Shown here in pieces: positions 12,160 to 24,827 of a DNA stretch of 64,000 nucleotides. The notes under the pieces were generated by a model, which was given only the letters and a program-made list of their open reading frames with translations, ran no database searches and had not been told where the DNA came from. Source of the stretch: Adineta vaga. Taxonomy: Eukaryota; Animalia; Rotifera. Position 1 is the first letter of the stretch; each line of letters starts with the position of its first letter. Both the position numbers and the translations under genes were made by a program. The stretch lies in contig CP075492.1 of assembly GCA_021613535.1 (NCBI GenBank), forward strand, positions 2,232,001 to 2,296,000, written 5' to 3'.

Positions 12160-13626
12160 CTATCGTGTAGTGCGAATGAGGCCGTTCAACTTTTTGACTT
12201 TGTTTTGTTTTAAAACGTTTCTCTTACGTTTCTTTTTCTCCTATAGAAAGAACAAAAACAAAAAAAATCATGACGCAATTTTTTTTCAAAAGACTCAATT
12301 ACCGTAGTCAATTTCTTTTGAGAATATTGAGTTTGACCATCTCGTTTGCTTCTATAGGGTTCTGGAATAGCGTTCTGTTCTTTTTCTAAAAAAACAATAT
12401 TTATGTGAGATATCTATAATCATACGTAAGAGAAATTCTATACATTCATATTCATAGGTTGGTACTGTTTCGCAGCATACGTAAGTCGGATGAACAAGCT
12501 GATTCTCATCGACTGAACATATTTGAAAACATTTTGATATTGATAGGATGATAACCTATGAATAGAAATAGATTGTTTTTCAGTTAAGTTCTTTTATTAC
12601 CGTCGCAGTTGAGTTAATTGTATGTAAAGATTGGCCATTGTGTGTTTGTTTTCAATGTACGTTGTTTTAATCGTGCCATGATTAGATCATCGATTCTAAA
12701 CAAATCAGCAAATTAGTGAATGTTAACATATCCATGTACCTATATGAGAATATATATGTACATCATTCTTTGTTCTTCTATGTCTTTATCTGAAACAGGA
12801 ATCAGCCACCAACCATCACGAGCTATTGCATCCTTGTTTTTCGTGTATAATGGATATGGATGACAACATACAATTTGATCAGGACCAAATGTAATTGTAG
12901 TGCGAGATATACGAAGTTTAACCGACATATTCGTTGGTATATGACTTCGAATATTGGACATACAACATTGGATATAATTGAAAAAATTTAGAAAAGATCT
13001 TCATCATGCTCTCCATCATATCGAACGCGTTGATATGGATCAGGTGGTGTGAGTAATTGTAATGATTCAGAAGATACGTCCTAGAAAAGAATAAAAATAT
13101 TATGAAAATGATTGAATAAATCGATGGTTTGATTACAAGAGAAACTTTCTCAGTTGATTCTGTCATTTGATCTTCAGCATTAGATACGGTTTGTTCGAGC
13201 AAATCTTGTAATTCTCGAGTAAAGATGTTTGTTTGTGCTTCATCGAAACCTAACAAAACTATAAAATTAAATAAGAGAGAAAAAGACATTCACTCACTTT
13301 ACCTTCAACTGGTTCGTCAGAGAAAGAATCCAATACCTTAGGATCGAATTGTGATAATAAGGGGTCATCATTATCAGGATCTTTCAATGATACAAAAGGT
13401 ATTTGGCAAACTTTTTTTTCTACATACTTATACTAAATTCTGTCAATATATGATCAATAAAGTCCGATGTAGCAATTACATGAGAAAATAACAAATAATT
13501 ATTATGATGTTTTAAAATAATAGAAATCTTTGTACCAGAATTTTCACGGCATAATGGTGGTGGTGGCGATGGTAAATCATTGTCAATTGTTACCAATGAG
13601 AATTCAAACTCTTCTAATGAGCTCAT
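12160..13626 (-). CDS. Multi-exon hypothetical protein
   Basis: Chain of minus-strand coding-like segments separated by short GT..AG introns (e.g. near 13301-13250 and 13139-13081); no recognisable domain; boundaries approximate. Confidence 0.4.
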
Positions 13627-14952
13627 TGTCGAAGAAATTGGTTTTTAATAGAAGGCAAAGAAAAAAATACAGGATCTTGTGCAACACATCTCTATATATT
13701 CATCAAAATTTGTTTTTTTCCAACATCAACTTTCATTATCTTTTCTTTGAACTGTTATCATTGTCGTTCTTTATAGATTCTGTTTTGTTCTGTTTCTTTT
13801 TGTATTAACAGATGAAAAGGCCAGCAACTCGCATTTATTTCAAACATAATAGAGTGCGCTAATTATGATATTACTATTAACGTATCAGAAAACTTTAGAA
13901 TATTATTGTTTTATATAACGACTCCAGTATGACTAATATTGATGTTGATGTGGATTCTGTGTAAGAATCGATGAAAACAATGAAAATAAACTTTCACAGT
14001 TCAATAATAAATTAGAATCTTTAGATTTATTTTCAACTGTTGAGAAATCTTGAGGATATGAGAATATAGATCTGAGAAGAAATCCAGATTGTTCCTCACG
14101 ACTGTGGACTTATAACACCTTCGATGATGATCAGTGACATTGATGGATGATATGACAGTGACGACCCTCATCGTTAAAAAATCTAAACAAACTGACTTTA
14201 AAATACTAAAATCGAATCAATCTCTTTCTTATAGTCTGTAGTCATATTCCGGCACGTGTATGTGCAAATACGTTGGAATAATTACAAAAAGTTGCTTTTC
14301 AGCCAAAACATTAGTAATCATCATGACGACGTTTTTTGTTAGAAAGCATCTAAAAATATACAGAAAGGTAAGTAAACATGTGATTATGTATTCAATTGGC
14401 AAGAATAGAAAAAACAAAATGTTAAAGGCTTTTAAACATGTCTTGTTTTTAATCATTCATTCGATTATTTTCGCCTCCTCAAAAACTCACTTCCTCGCAG
14501 ACAGAATTAGCAACTGAGCACGGTATATAAAAGTAAGCATAACAGTAGGTGGCATTCAGTTGAATACCGAACGATTACGTTTTAACATGGCAGTAATAAT
14601 ACACGTCAGTAAGATTTTATCTACAGGAGGTAAGTGCTGGCATCCATCATCCTCGCATTTCGGTACACTAATACAGTCGAATTTATACATTGCTGTACAT
14701 TCGGAAATTTCTTTTATGATTGTACTCTCTAAGAAAGGAAGGTGCCATAGCGAATTGTAAAGGATTTTAGCGAAGGTTCAGTAGGAAAGTTCGAATTGTA
14801 GACATATGTGTAATGCAAGATTTTTTTCCTCATAAACTACAGTTGAAACTTGTTGTGTACATTATGCATCCTGTTTTAGATTCTCATTAGAAATACTACC
14901 TTCAGTATTATTCCATTACTTCTCAACTATATTAGATTTTCTCTACGAAAAA

Positions 14953-17900
14953 ATGAAAATGAATTTATTGGTCAAGATATTGTTTATTTGTTTTCTTCAT
15001 AATGAAATCAATGGAACTCCAATATCAAGGGTATGTATTTACTTTTAATTACAGAAAATGTTTATATATTATATTGAAGACGGACCAGCCAACACCAAAT
15101 CAAACAAAACCATATGAAAATCGTAAGTTAATCGAAACGACTTTCTTCAAAGAACTGATCGAAATGTGTAATTTGTTAATTTTTATTTTAGCGAAATTAT
15201 TTGAAGGTGACATGTTGTTTCCTAGTGGATCTGGATTAGAAGGTGTAAGTTTTATACGATACACTTCGACTGATTAATTCATTTCTATACTTTAGCGTGG
15301 AGTTGCACTTCGTGGAGCTTCTGTACCATGGACAAATGGAATTGTACCCTATATAATTTCGCCTGGATACGGTAATTATCTATAATTCTCATAAACATGT
15401 GAATGATAAAAACGAAAGTTTCCTCTATCTTTCGAATCAGATAAACCCTATATGACTAAATACGTACATATATATTAAAGTAAAAATATATCATTGTAGC
15501 ATCAACGGAAGAATCATTTATCATCGCAACAATGCAAAAAATGGAACGATTGATAGCAGTCAATAATTATAAATGTATTCAATTTCGACCAAAAACTGCT
15601 TCTGATATATATTATATAACTATTGTCAATGGAATTGGATGTTCATCTTACGTAAGAAAAATGTTTTAAGGTAAAATATTTTTCTCATTCATTTCTATCT
15701 CAGGTTGGACAAAATACGGGTGTTAATATGGTACGTACTGTTACACTACAACATCCTGGATGTATCGACGAAGGAAGAATTATGCACGAATTATTACATG
15801 CTTTGGGTAATGTAATAACAATTATTTAGAATTGTTTCATTAGATATTTCTGTTGAATGACGTTAAATCAGATAGATGATTTCAATCGATTTTTAAATGT
15901 CATAGTACTAAAAAATAAAGTGAATGTTTTTTCTTAGGTTTTTATCATGAACAATCACGACCAGATCGTGATAATTATGTGAGCATAAATTATGCAAATA
16001 TTCAATCTGGTAAAAAAAGAAAATTTATAAAAGAATCTTTACTTATTTTTCATTCGTTATAAAGGCACGGAATCCAATTTTGATAAATACTCCAATGCAG
16101 TTGTTGATACTCAAAATACTCCCTATGATTATAAATCTGTGATGCATTATGAAACAGATGCATTTTCTAAAAATGGTCTTCCTACAATACAAACACTTGT
16201 AGCAAACATATCAATTGGACAACGAGATAATATGAGTACCATCGATATAGAAGAGGTACGATTATTCTACAATTGTTCGGCACGTGGTGTTACACTGCCA
16301 CCAATTCCAACAACAACAACAGGTAAATGAGGGTTTTTTTTCTGTCACTTTAACAAAGCTTAACCGAATTTTATTAAATAGCTAATTTATACGTGAGAAA
16401 CACAACAATTTCATCATCATTAACAAGAAATAATCCAACGTTTGCACGTTTTAATGGTTCAGGATCGAACTATTACTATGATCAATATTCAATCATTGTT
16501 CCTGCCACTGGTTCTTATGTATTTATGAGCAGTGGTTCAATAAATACATACGCTCAATTTTATGGTCCTAGACCAGGTTATTTAAATTATTTTCTAATCT
16601 CTTATGATGACAATAGTGCTGGTAATAATCAATTTAAAATTCAAATGTATCTTCAAGCATCAACACAATATTATATTATTGTGTCAACATATAATTCAAA
16701 TGAGACTGGAAATTATACGCTAATAGCATCTGGATTAAATAGTGTTATTATTCAACAAATTTTACCTGCAACCAGTAAGTGTGTTCATCGACTCTTTGCT
16801 TATGAGATTTTCCTGTATTCTATTTATACATGATAAAAAATCAATAGTTCCCATTATGAAATACGTAGATGCTCATTGATATGTATGAGTTTGTCTGTGT
16901 GATTGACAGTAACACAGTGAATAGAATGAAGGAAGATCTGTGGCGTCTTTATTTAATATCATAAAGACTCTTAGGTCAAATAAAGCCGTGTTATAACCAA
17001 TCCGTTGATTCAGAGTATGTCTTTTTCTTTGTCGTTATTTGTTAAGAACGCTATCCAAATAAAGTGTGAGAAGTGAAAATTATATAAACTTCTTAATCAG
17101 AAATGAGATTGGTAAATCAGAAAAATTACTTTTATTATTAAACAAACTTTTAGTTATTAAATGTTGTATATTCAATGACAAATAATCTAACGATAAATAT
17201 TACTACTATTTCATTCTAGCTGTAGCAACAACAACACCATCAACAACAAGAACAACATCAACGACGACTACAACAAAAACAACATCAACATCAACATCAA
17301 CAACAACAAAAACAACATCAACAGCAACAACAACGACAGCGACAACAGCAACAACAACGACAGCGACAACAGCAACAACAACGACAGCAACAACAACAAC
17401 GACAGTAACAACACCACCTCAAGGGTGCTTTTCTCCTGACAGTTGGATCGAATTATACGATGGACAAAAAAAGAGCATCGATGAATTACGTAGCTATGAT
17501 ACTCTCATTACTTCTGATGGAACAAATCTAATTAAAACGGAAATGATTATGATGCTTGATAAAAATAATTATACTAAAAGTAATTTCTATAGGTTAATCT
17601 ATTAGATTTAATTGATTTTCTTTGTTTATTAAAGCGATGTTCTATACTCTACACACAGAATCAAATCACTCGATTAGTTTGACGGCTTTACACTTAATTG
17701 CAGTTATTTCTATAAAAGGCATTTTTGAATATATTCCAGCTAAAAAGGTAATTGTTGGTGATTATCTGTTTGTTATTTCTTCTGACAAAAAACTAACTCA
17801 ATCAAAAATCATTCGAATTGAAATCGAATATAAAATAGGTTTTTATGGACCATTAACTACATCCGGTATGTTTGAAAAATACATATTATAACTTATAATT

Positions 17901-18153
17901 GTATTTGTTTTTTATTTTCTTTCAAGGTACAATAATGCCGAATAATGTGTTAGTAAGTTGTTTTGCTAATATTTATAATCATCAATTAGGACAATTCGCG
18001 ATGACACCCGTACGTTTCTATCATCAATTATCGAAATACATGCCAATGCTAAAAGAATTAAATCAAGACAGAAATGAAAATGTTCATTGGATACCTGAAG
18101 CCATGTTTGATTTCACAAAACAATATTTTCCATCATTATTACAATTATCTTGA
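14953..18153 (+). CDS. Secreted astacin (M12A) metalloprotease + beta-sandwich (PPC-like) + Thr-rich stalk + Hog (Hint + sterol-recognition) domain, multi-exon
   Basis: Signal peptide, 'LFEGDM' propeptide, spliced HELLHALG|FYHEQSRPDRD (from 15785), Met-turn SVMHY, Thr stalk 17221-17415, 'QG|CFSPDSWI' at 17423-17428, 'SLTALHLI', 'GFYGPLTTSG|TIMPNNVLVSCFA', SRR-like 'HQLGQFAMTPVR...VHWIPEAM'. Confidence 0.88.
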
Positions 18154-18309
18154 AACATTGATTCTATATTTCTAAATAAACATACCTATCACTATTCTGG
18201 ACATTTATTTGATATTATTTAAGAAAATTCTCTTTAATCAAATATTTCAATAGAGCATAAACTGATTTATTTATTATAATCACGAAATAGAAACATAATA
18301 ATTTTCTAA

Positions 18310-18611
18310 TCTATAACTTTATAATATCCAGTAAATCATTCATATTGTTATATGAGCTGAGAATGGGGATGAGGATAAACTTGCAGTGTAAATACGCTAT
18401 TATGAGTATAGAGTTGGGTGAAATTGATTTCACGATAAACAACTTAATTTTTAACTTTTGAAAGTTAATACATGTTTCAGCAATAGGATGTGAGTCGCTT
18501 TCTCGTATATTAAGTTGCCAGATCAATTGTAGTCTCACTATAGGGACAAGCTAAAAATACCCGTCGTCCTCATTCGAGGGTCAAGGGAGTCGACACGACG
18601 AGCGTTACTTG
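18310..18611 (+). mobile_element. Non-autonomous Helitron-like element, ~300 bp
   Basis: Begins A|TCTATAAC and ends with a GC-rich hairpin region plus CTTG|T. The 3' end matches 43021-43059 and 61598-61638 (reverse complement). Confidence 0.55.
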
Positions 18612-18849
18612 TCTCTTAACACACTGTAACTCTTCTGTAACACAGTAAAATAAACATAAACAAATACTAAAAACGACTTTAATCATATATTCAAAAATTT
18701 CTCATATATAACATCGACAGACATTTATAATAAACTTAACTTTTCCTCATTTTAGATTAATATTGAACTTTTTGCATACAATACCCTATGAATGGATTAA
18801 GCTCCGATGTTTGATTTTCTTCTCTTTTTCTATCAAAACCATCGTGTTG

Positions 18850-21274
18850 TTAAAATGTGAATGAGTTACATCGATCTAATTGTTTAAGTTTGTCGTCATA
18901 AAATGTTCGAAGAGTATCATCACCTTTCGTCGTTTCAATCAATCTTTGAAATCTTTGCCTAGCCTGTCTTTTCACTTCGTCTCGATCGGTGTCGTCACAT
19001 CCCTCGAATCTTTTCTTTTTCAATTCTTCATCATCTGGAAAATCATTGAAATTTGACGAACAATCTTCTATTAATCGCAATGGTTGTTTATCAAAGAACA
19101 TTTGTCCAAATATTCTTCGAGATATTGTCTCATCTAAGAGAGAAGATCGTAAAAGTAATGTTTCTTCAAAATGATTACAATCCCACGAGTCTGTTGAGTA
19201 CATGCGATGAAAAAGCGTTTTCAAGATGCATGTTCGTGCGTATCTTTCAGCTGCTTCCAGTTTTGTCCGCTGAATATCTTCAAGATAAGACAAACACACA
19301 TCTGAATCATTCACCATCGTGACATTTTCATTTCCCAACCAGAAAATGCAAAGCCAATTCATAACGATATATACTTCTTTATCCTCGATTTCCCCTTGAT
19401 TTTCATTTCCTTCGCCGATTCGATTTTTATAACTGCCACCAGTCATCGAATGATGTTGAAAAAACAAATTCCACGGTGAAAACATTCGTTGATCATCTGT
19501 ATTGTCCTTCCCATCTAAATAAATATCCTTCTCTATAACATCTAAACACATTGAATTGATCATCCAAGTTGATAAATTTCGAGCACATTCTGAAACAGCT
19601 TTAGCATGAGCGAATAGAACGAATTCGTGATCGGAAGTGATATGTTCGCCACTTTTGTTGATTATATCACGAAACCAAGCGGTGTATTTGCCAGATTCTT
19701 TAACTAATCGTTGAAATAGAATTCTTTCCAGGTCTCCATAACTCTCCTGGACATTATCTATTCGTACATAATAATCTTTAGGATCTATTTGAATTATTTC
19801 TCGTCCTGAACGTAATTGTCCTTGAATATCCTTTGCATGTTGTTTATTTTTCGACAAATAAACAACAGAACTGCTCAATGGTTGATGAGGCAAACCGAGT
19901 CTTGTCTCTTCTTCGTATTGTCCATCGAAATCCGATTTAAATTGCTCACGAATGAGTTTCACCAAGTGAATAATTTCGGATTTGTGAATGTAAATCGAAA
20001 AATCAACTTTTGCACAATCGGATATACGCAAGTAATTTCTTCGATCACACCAACGTGCCAGTGATTTTTTCCCAGGTCGCTTGAACTTCGGTATAAGGCC
20101 GATGGTTCCAGATCCAACAGGTTCAACTGTTGGACACACTTGAACTTCCTGTTGATTTAAAATATCGATTGCTTTTTCAACAATTTCGTCCTTATAAGAT
20201 CCAGATAGGCTCCTATACCTTTTAATAGAGTACATTAAGATCGGATATTGCAATTCACGATTAAAATGTAGCGCTGTAACAGCGACAAGAACCTGTCGTG
20301 TGAATAGAGCATCTTGTCGTATGAAATCTTCTTCGCATTTTTCAATAAAGTTTTTCACTTTACCGTCGTCATAATCAGCATCATTGCCATTGAGAAACAC
20401 ACGCACAAGGATAAAAACGTAACAAGCTTCGTATTTATCAATTAATCTGTTGATAAATTCCAGATGTTCTTTAAACGCGGTTTTCTCTTCGTTCGTCAAA
20501 CATTTTAATGTCAATATACTGTCTGAAGGATCACTCGGATGTATTTGTATCGTTGACAACATGGATCCAATGAAAATCTTAAGTTTGATTCACCTTCAGT
20601 GGCCAGACGAATCCCGCGAAGTGTTTCTGGATGATCGAGTGAATCCAGTTTTTCTTGAATAGTTAAACTAGCCAATGATGCTTTCTCAAGTAATTTCTTG
20701 CTTGTTCATCCGATAGACTTAACAGACCATTTAACATATTTTCTTTACATACTAAAGAAATATCATAAACTGAATAAATCGATTTCGTCTTCTCGATCGC
20801 GTCTCTCAGCAATTCGCGATAATATTGTTCGTTCAATTTGACGGCGTTTAATAAAGAACAAAGATTATCTCCGTCTTCGTCTCGCTCTGCTGATGTTTTA
20901 TTCAAAGCTATGTTCCGTTACACAACGCTCTCTTGGTAGCTTCTTCTCACATCTAATATACTTTGTTTTTTCTCTGCTTGTTCCTTCTGTTTGGAATTTC
21001 CTTGTAATTGTTTTCTCTAGATGAATTTTAATTTTGCATCTTGAAGAATTTCATATCGACGCTTTTCGTCACTGCAAGATGTGCCCCAAGGCATCTCTCG
21101 GACGTTATCAGGTAAGTATTTATATGATATGCCTTCTTCGATCATTTTGTCTCGTATTGCTTTGATATCTTCAGCTTCAGCTTTTCGCACAGCAAGTTTT
21201 GCAGCTTTTAAACGAGAATATCCTGTCGCGGAGTACCAATTGAAATTGAGAAGTTCACTTTCATTCATCACCAA
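18850..21274 (-). CDS. Intronless hypothetical protein: 570-aa ORF (20562-18850) plus a disrupted upstream extension
   Basis: Long open frame. ORFs 21274-21017 and 20905-20663 share one frame interrupted by TAG and TAA; no recognisable domain. Confidence 0.6.
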
Positions 21275-21556
21275 CGGCTGTTTATTCCTCTTCTTTCTTC
21301 AATCTTTTATCAAAATGTGTTTTGGTTTTGTTGGTGACTGGGTATTATATCTTCGCAGAGTAGAGAGAAAAGTAAATATTTACTGTTGGCAACCGCATGT
21401 GTAGAAATTTAATAAAACAGTGAAAAAGCAGAACGATAAATAACAATAGAGAGGGTTTTGTGAGAAATTGAAACTTCTCATGGTACTCCCGATTTGCTCT
21501 TAACAGATATGTACATTTCACATCGAATAAAAAGAACTTAAAAAGATACGAGATAT

Positions 21557-22213
21557 TTATTCATTGTGTTTTTGCGCAGTTACCAATCCTGATAAAACCT
21601 CATACCCAGCGACGACTGGATCAATGACCGACGCTTTCAATCCCATAGTAAGAAAAGCCTGTTGCATCGTTTTCTTCAATCCACTCATTCCTGCACATCC
21701 CAGTATGATGACATCGCATCTGTTGTTCTTCACTAGTTCACTGGCTGGTTCACTCATCGCTACATTGACAACATCTTCTCCAGCACGTTCTAAACTAGCA
21801 GGAGAGATGTTAGTCGCTTTGATTCCTCCGCATCGATGATCCAGAGTCAGGTTGTGGATACTTTTAGTCAGCAATACTTCCCATTCTTTATTTGTTATTA
21901 CAATTCCGGATCGATTTCCTAGAAGTGTCGCGTGTACCAAACTAGTCTGCACAATTCCAACCACTGATTTGTCAATATGTTCTCGTAATATTTCAACGAG
22001 TGAATGATCAGAGAAACAAGCCACTAGGAAACCATCGTACTGCTTGAGAAAGGGAATTAGCTGATTGATGTATGCAGCAGGAGACAAAACTTCAGTTGTA
22101 AATGACGTTATTTCAGCCGGAGCAGATGAAGGGGTAGTAAATTGGTCAATTTGAGTAAGAGAAAGACTTTTGAGACCGTGTAGCGCGTTTGCTGCTGTGG
22201 ATGTCATTGACAT
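21557..22213 (-). CDS. Asp/Glu/hydantoin racemase family protein (Dcg1-like), candidate HGT
   Basis: Both catalytic Cys motifs 'LVACFSDH' and 'IILGCAGM', plus 'VIDPVVAG'; intronless; the usual N-terminal 'lliNPN' strand is not seen in frame. Confidence 0.85.
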   Translation of the reverse strand: MSMTSTAANALHGLKSLSLTQIDQFTTPSSAPAEITSFTTEVLSPAAYINQLIPFLKQYDGFLVACFSDHSLVEILREHIDKSVVGIVQTSLVHATLLGNRSGIVITNKEWEVLLTKSIHNLTLDHRCGGIKATNISPASLERAGEDVVNVAMSEPASELVKNNRCDVIILGCAGMSGLKKTMQQAFLTMGLKASVIDPVVAGYEVLSGLVTAQKHNE

Positions 22214-22546
22214 CGATGCTCAGTTCTCTTCGCATTTACATTCACTATACGAAAAACCAAATCACGAAATACGATATATGAATGTATATACAGATAACGA
22301 AGAAGAAATCGGAAAGAGAGAAATCATTCGTTTGTGATGATAATCATAGATAAAGAAAAGAAAAGAAAAGAAAACTCGTAATTTCGTTTCAAATGTGTCT
22401 TATGTCTTGTATGAATATTTTTCATTCACTTTTGTTTTATTTTATATCAAATATAAAATCTGATTTGAGAAGATACTTTCCATCACGGACAGAAATTTCA
22501 ATATTTCCACCATTGAGAACTTGAAAGATGCGTTTGACATTGTTTC

Positions 22547-24420
22547 CTAATGATTTGGCATCGAAAAAAACTGTTTTTCTTGTGTGAATCCAGTTTCAGT
22601 TATGTGTGTGAGGATATTCATTGGGTAAGACCAAAATATCTCCACTTGATTTTTCAAATTCTTCAATTCAGTTTGACTATATTCAAATATGTTTTTCGAT
22701 GCACAAGTACCGGTCAAATCGCGTTCGTGCAATATCAAACGAAAGAAATACATCGGATGGATTATATTTATAGAAGTAAAGCATATCTTTTCAGAACTGT
22801 TCAATCTCATACAGTTAATACAAAGTCATAGACAACATATATTTATCAAATGTTCATTAGATCAACGCTTTTACGCTTTCTAAACAATTCACTTCATTAC
22901 AGTCGGCTTATAAATGAGTCTTTCATGATATATTTTACTTTTCACCCTTATTGACATCCTCAAGACATGTTATAATACGTAATTGTGGCCACTCTTGCAT
23001 CCTTCCGTTCTCTCTAGGTTTTTTTTAAACTGAAGCTCTTGTCTGGTGGAAAGTTATTTTTCCAAGAAACAATGATAAAAAACAACGAGATGAAAGCAAT
23101 TCTTTTCACCAGGCACTTAAATTCTATCCAAACAGAGACAATCTTTACTGAAAGGTAAGATACATTGTTTCGTAGTGTAAGAAAATATACTTTTACTGCA
23201 AAACTTCATTTAGCACTGAGGCGTTTCTGAGCGACACCCATTCGAAAGTTCCTAACATATTGTTATTAAAACTTACTTTAGATTCTAATCTTTCTTGTAA
23301 CATGAGTAAGAACGGGAACATTTGTGAGATCCTAATTCGAACAAATAATCTTTTCACCTTTTAGGATACGAGGATGAGCGTTAGCTACCATTATCGCGAT
23401 TTCATCCCGACTAAAAGATTCATCAGATGGTAATTATTACTATATGATCAAATAATCGCATGTAAAAATTAAATCTATTTTGATTATCTAGTTATTCTCT
23501 TGAAGAGTTCGGTGCATTGTGACTTGCTGATGCCGGTATGTATATGATATATAAAGATATAAAATTTATTTTAATGAAGATAACAAGGATAGTTTCTATT
23601 GGAAGAGATAAATAAGTTCAGGTATTTAGAGAAAAACAGTGTTGCACAAATTAAAGAATGTTATGAAAGATTTTCATCGGACGTCGTTGCAGTCGGCTTT
23701 GTATGCATGTTATTAATGTTTTCTTGGTTATAATGGCATGGAAGATAATCGTAGTCGTATGATTGGATGACCTAGAAATATAATAAAATTATATGGAACC
23801 TTAAGAGTGAATGGCAACGGTGTGAGTTCACCTACTTTTTGTTTCTTTCTATTGTCTTGCTCGTTTATCGTAGTAACTGTGTCAGAATATTGCGAAATAC
23901 AATCGAATGAATTATTCTGGTCCGCTGAATGTTAAGAAATACAAACGTTCAAGATAAAAATCAGTTTCTTCAGTCAATTAAACGTTTTCTACGTACTTTT
24001 CAATATTTTAATTGAAATTTTTTCAAGAAATGTTTGTGACTGATCTTGTTCAAGCGAAATTTTCATTGAATTATTGAATTCTTTTGTAATTCCATTTAAT
24101 TTATCACGTTAATACTTCAAATTAATCTCATTAAATTCATTTTCTTCACGCATATCTTTAATTTCTTTAATTAATTTATTGAATTTCTTTCCAATATCTT
24201 TCATAAATATCTTCATTTCTTTTTCAACATTATTTCGACATTCTTCTGCTGTTTGTCGAATTAATTCAATCGCCAGCGTTTATAATACAACATGCCTGAT
24301 ATATTTTCTTTATGTTTTGGAAGAAATGACGTATGGAATTGTCAATCAATCGTATGTCTTCGATATCGTATTGTGATTCATTCTTTTTGTGAAAACATAA
24401 TCAATGATTTCTTTATTACA
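22547..24420 (-). pseudogene. Degraded multi-exon gene remnant
   Basis: Short coding-like minus-strand pieces (coiled-coil-like at 23990-24400) broken by stops. Confidence 0.25.
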
Positions 24421-24827
24421 CGTGTGATCATGCGTTTTATTCATTTCTCTAAGAAGTCAACCTATAGATATGTAATGGATACAATATGTTATCTATTAAC
24501 TCTCACCTATACCCTCCCTAGAGTACATTTAGCACTCATATCAGTATATATTTGTTGTAAAACTTCGATGGTAATTTCTTGAAAAATAATTTCACCCGTC
24601 TCTTCGCTTTTTCTATCCTAATAAATGTTTAATAAAGTCATTTGCTTAATATATTGTTAACAACGTATAGTTTTCTAACAAATAAGTTTCTTTTCTTCTT
24701 TTGATAAAAAGAGATGTAAAAGACATTTTCTTTGTTTTTTCTGAAAAAAAAAGTCTACATACCTATCAAGTATTTTATATTAGTTAAAAAACATTAAAAC
24801 ATACTTTTCTTTTAACAATTGAAAAAA

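Noticed and set aside
17426-18153. True hedgehog gene or protein-splicing intein
   Set aside because: No Hedge domain upstream and no terminal His-Asn; it is a Hog module on an astacin.
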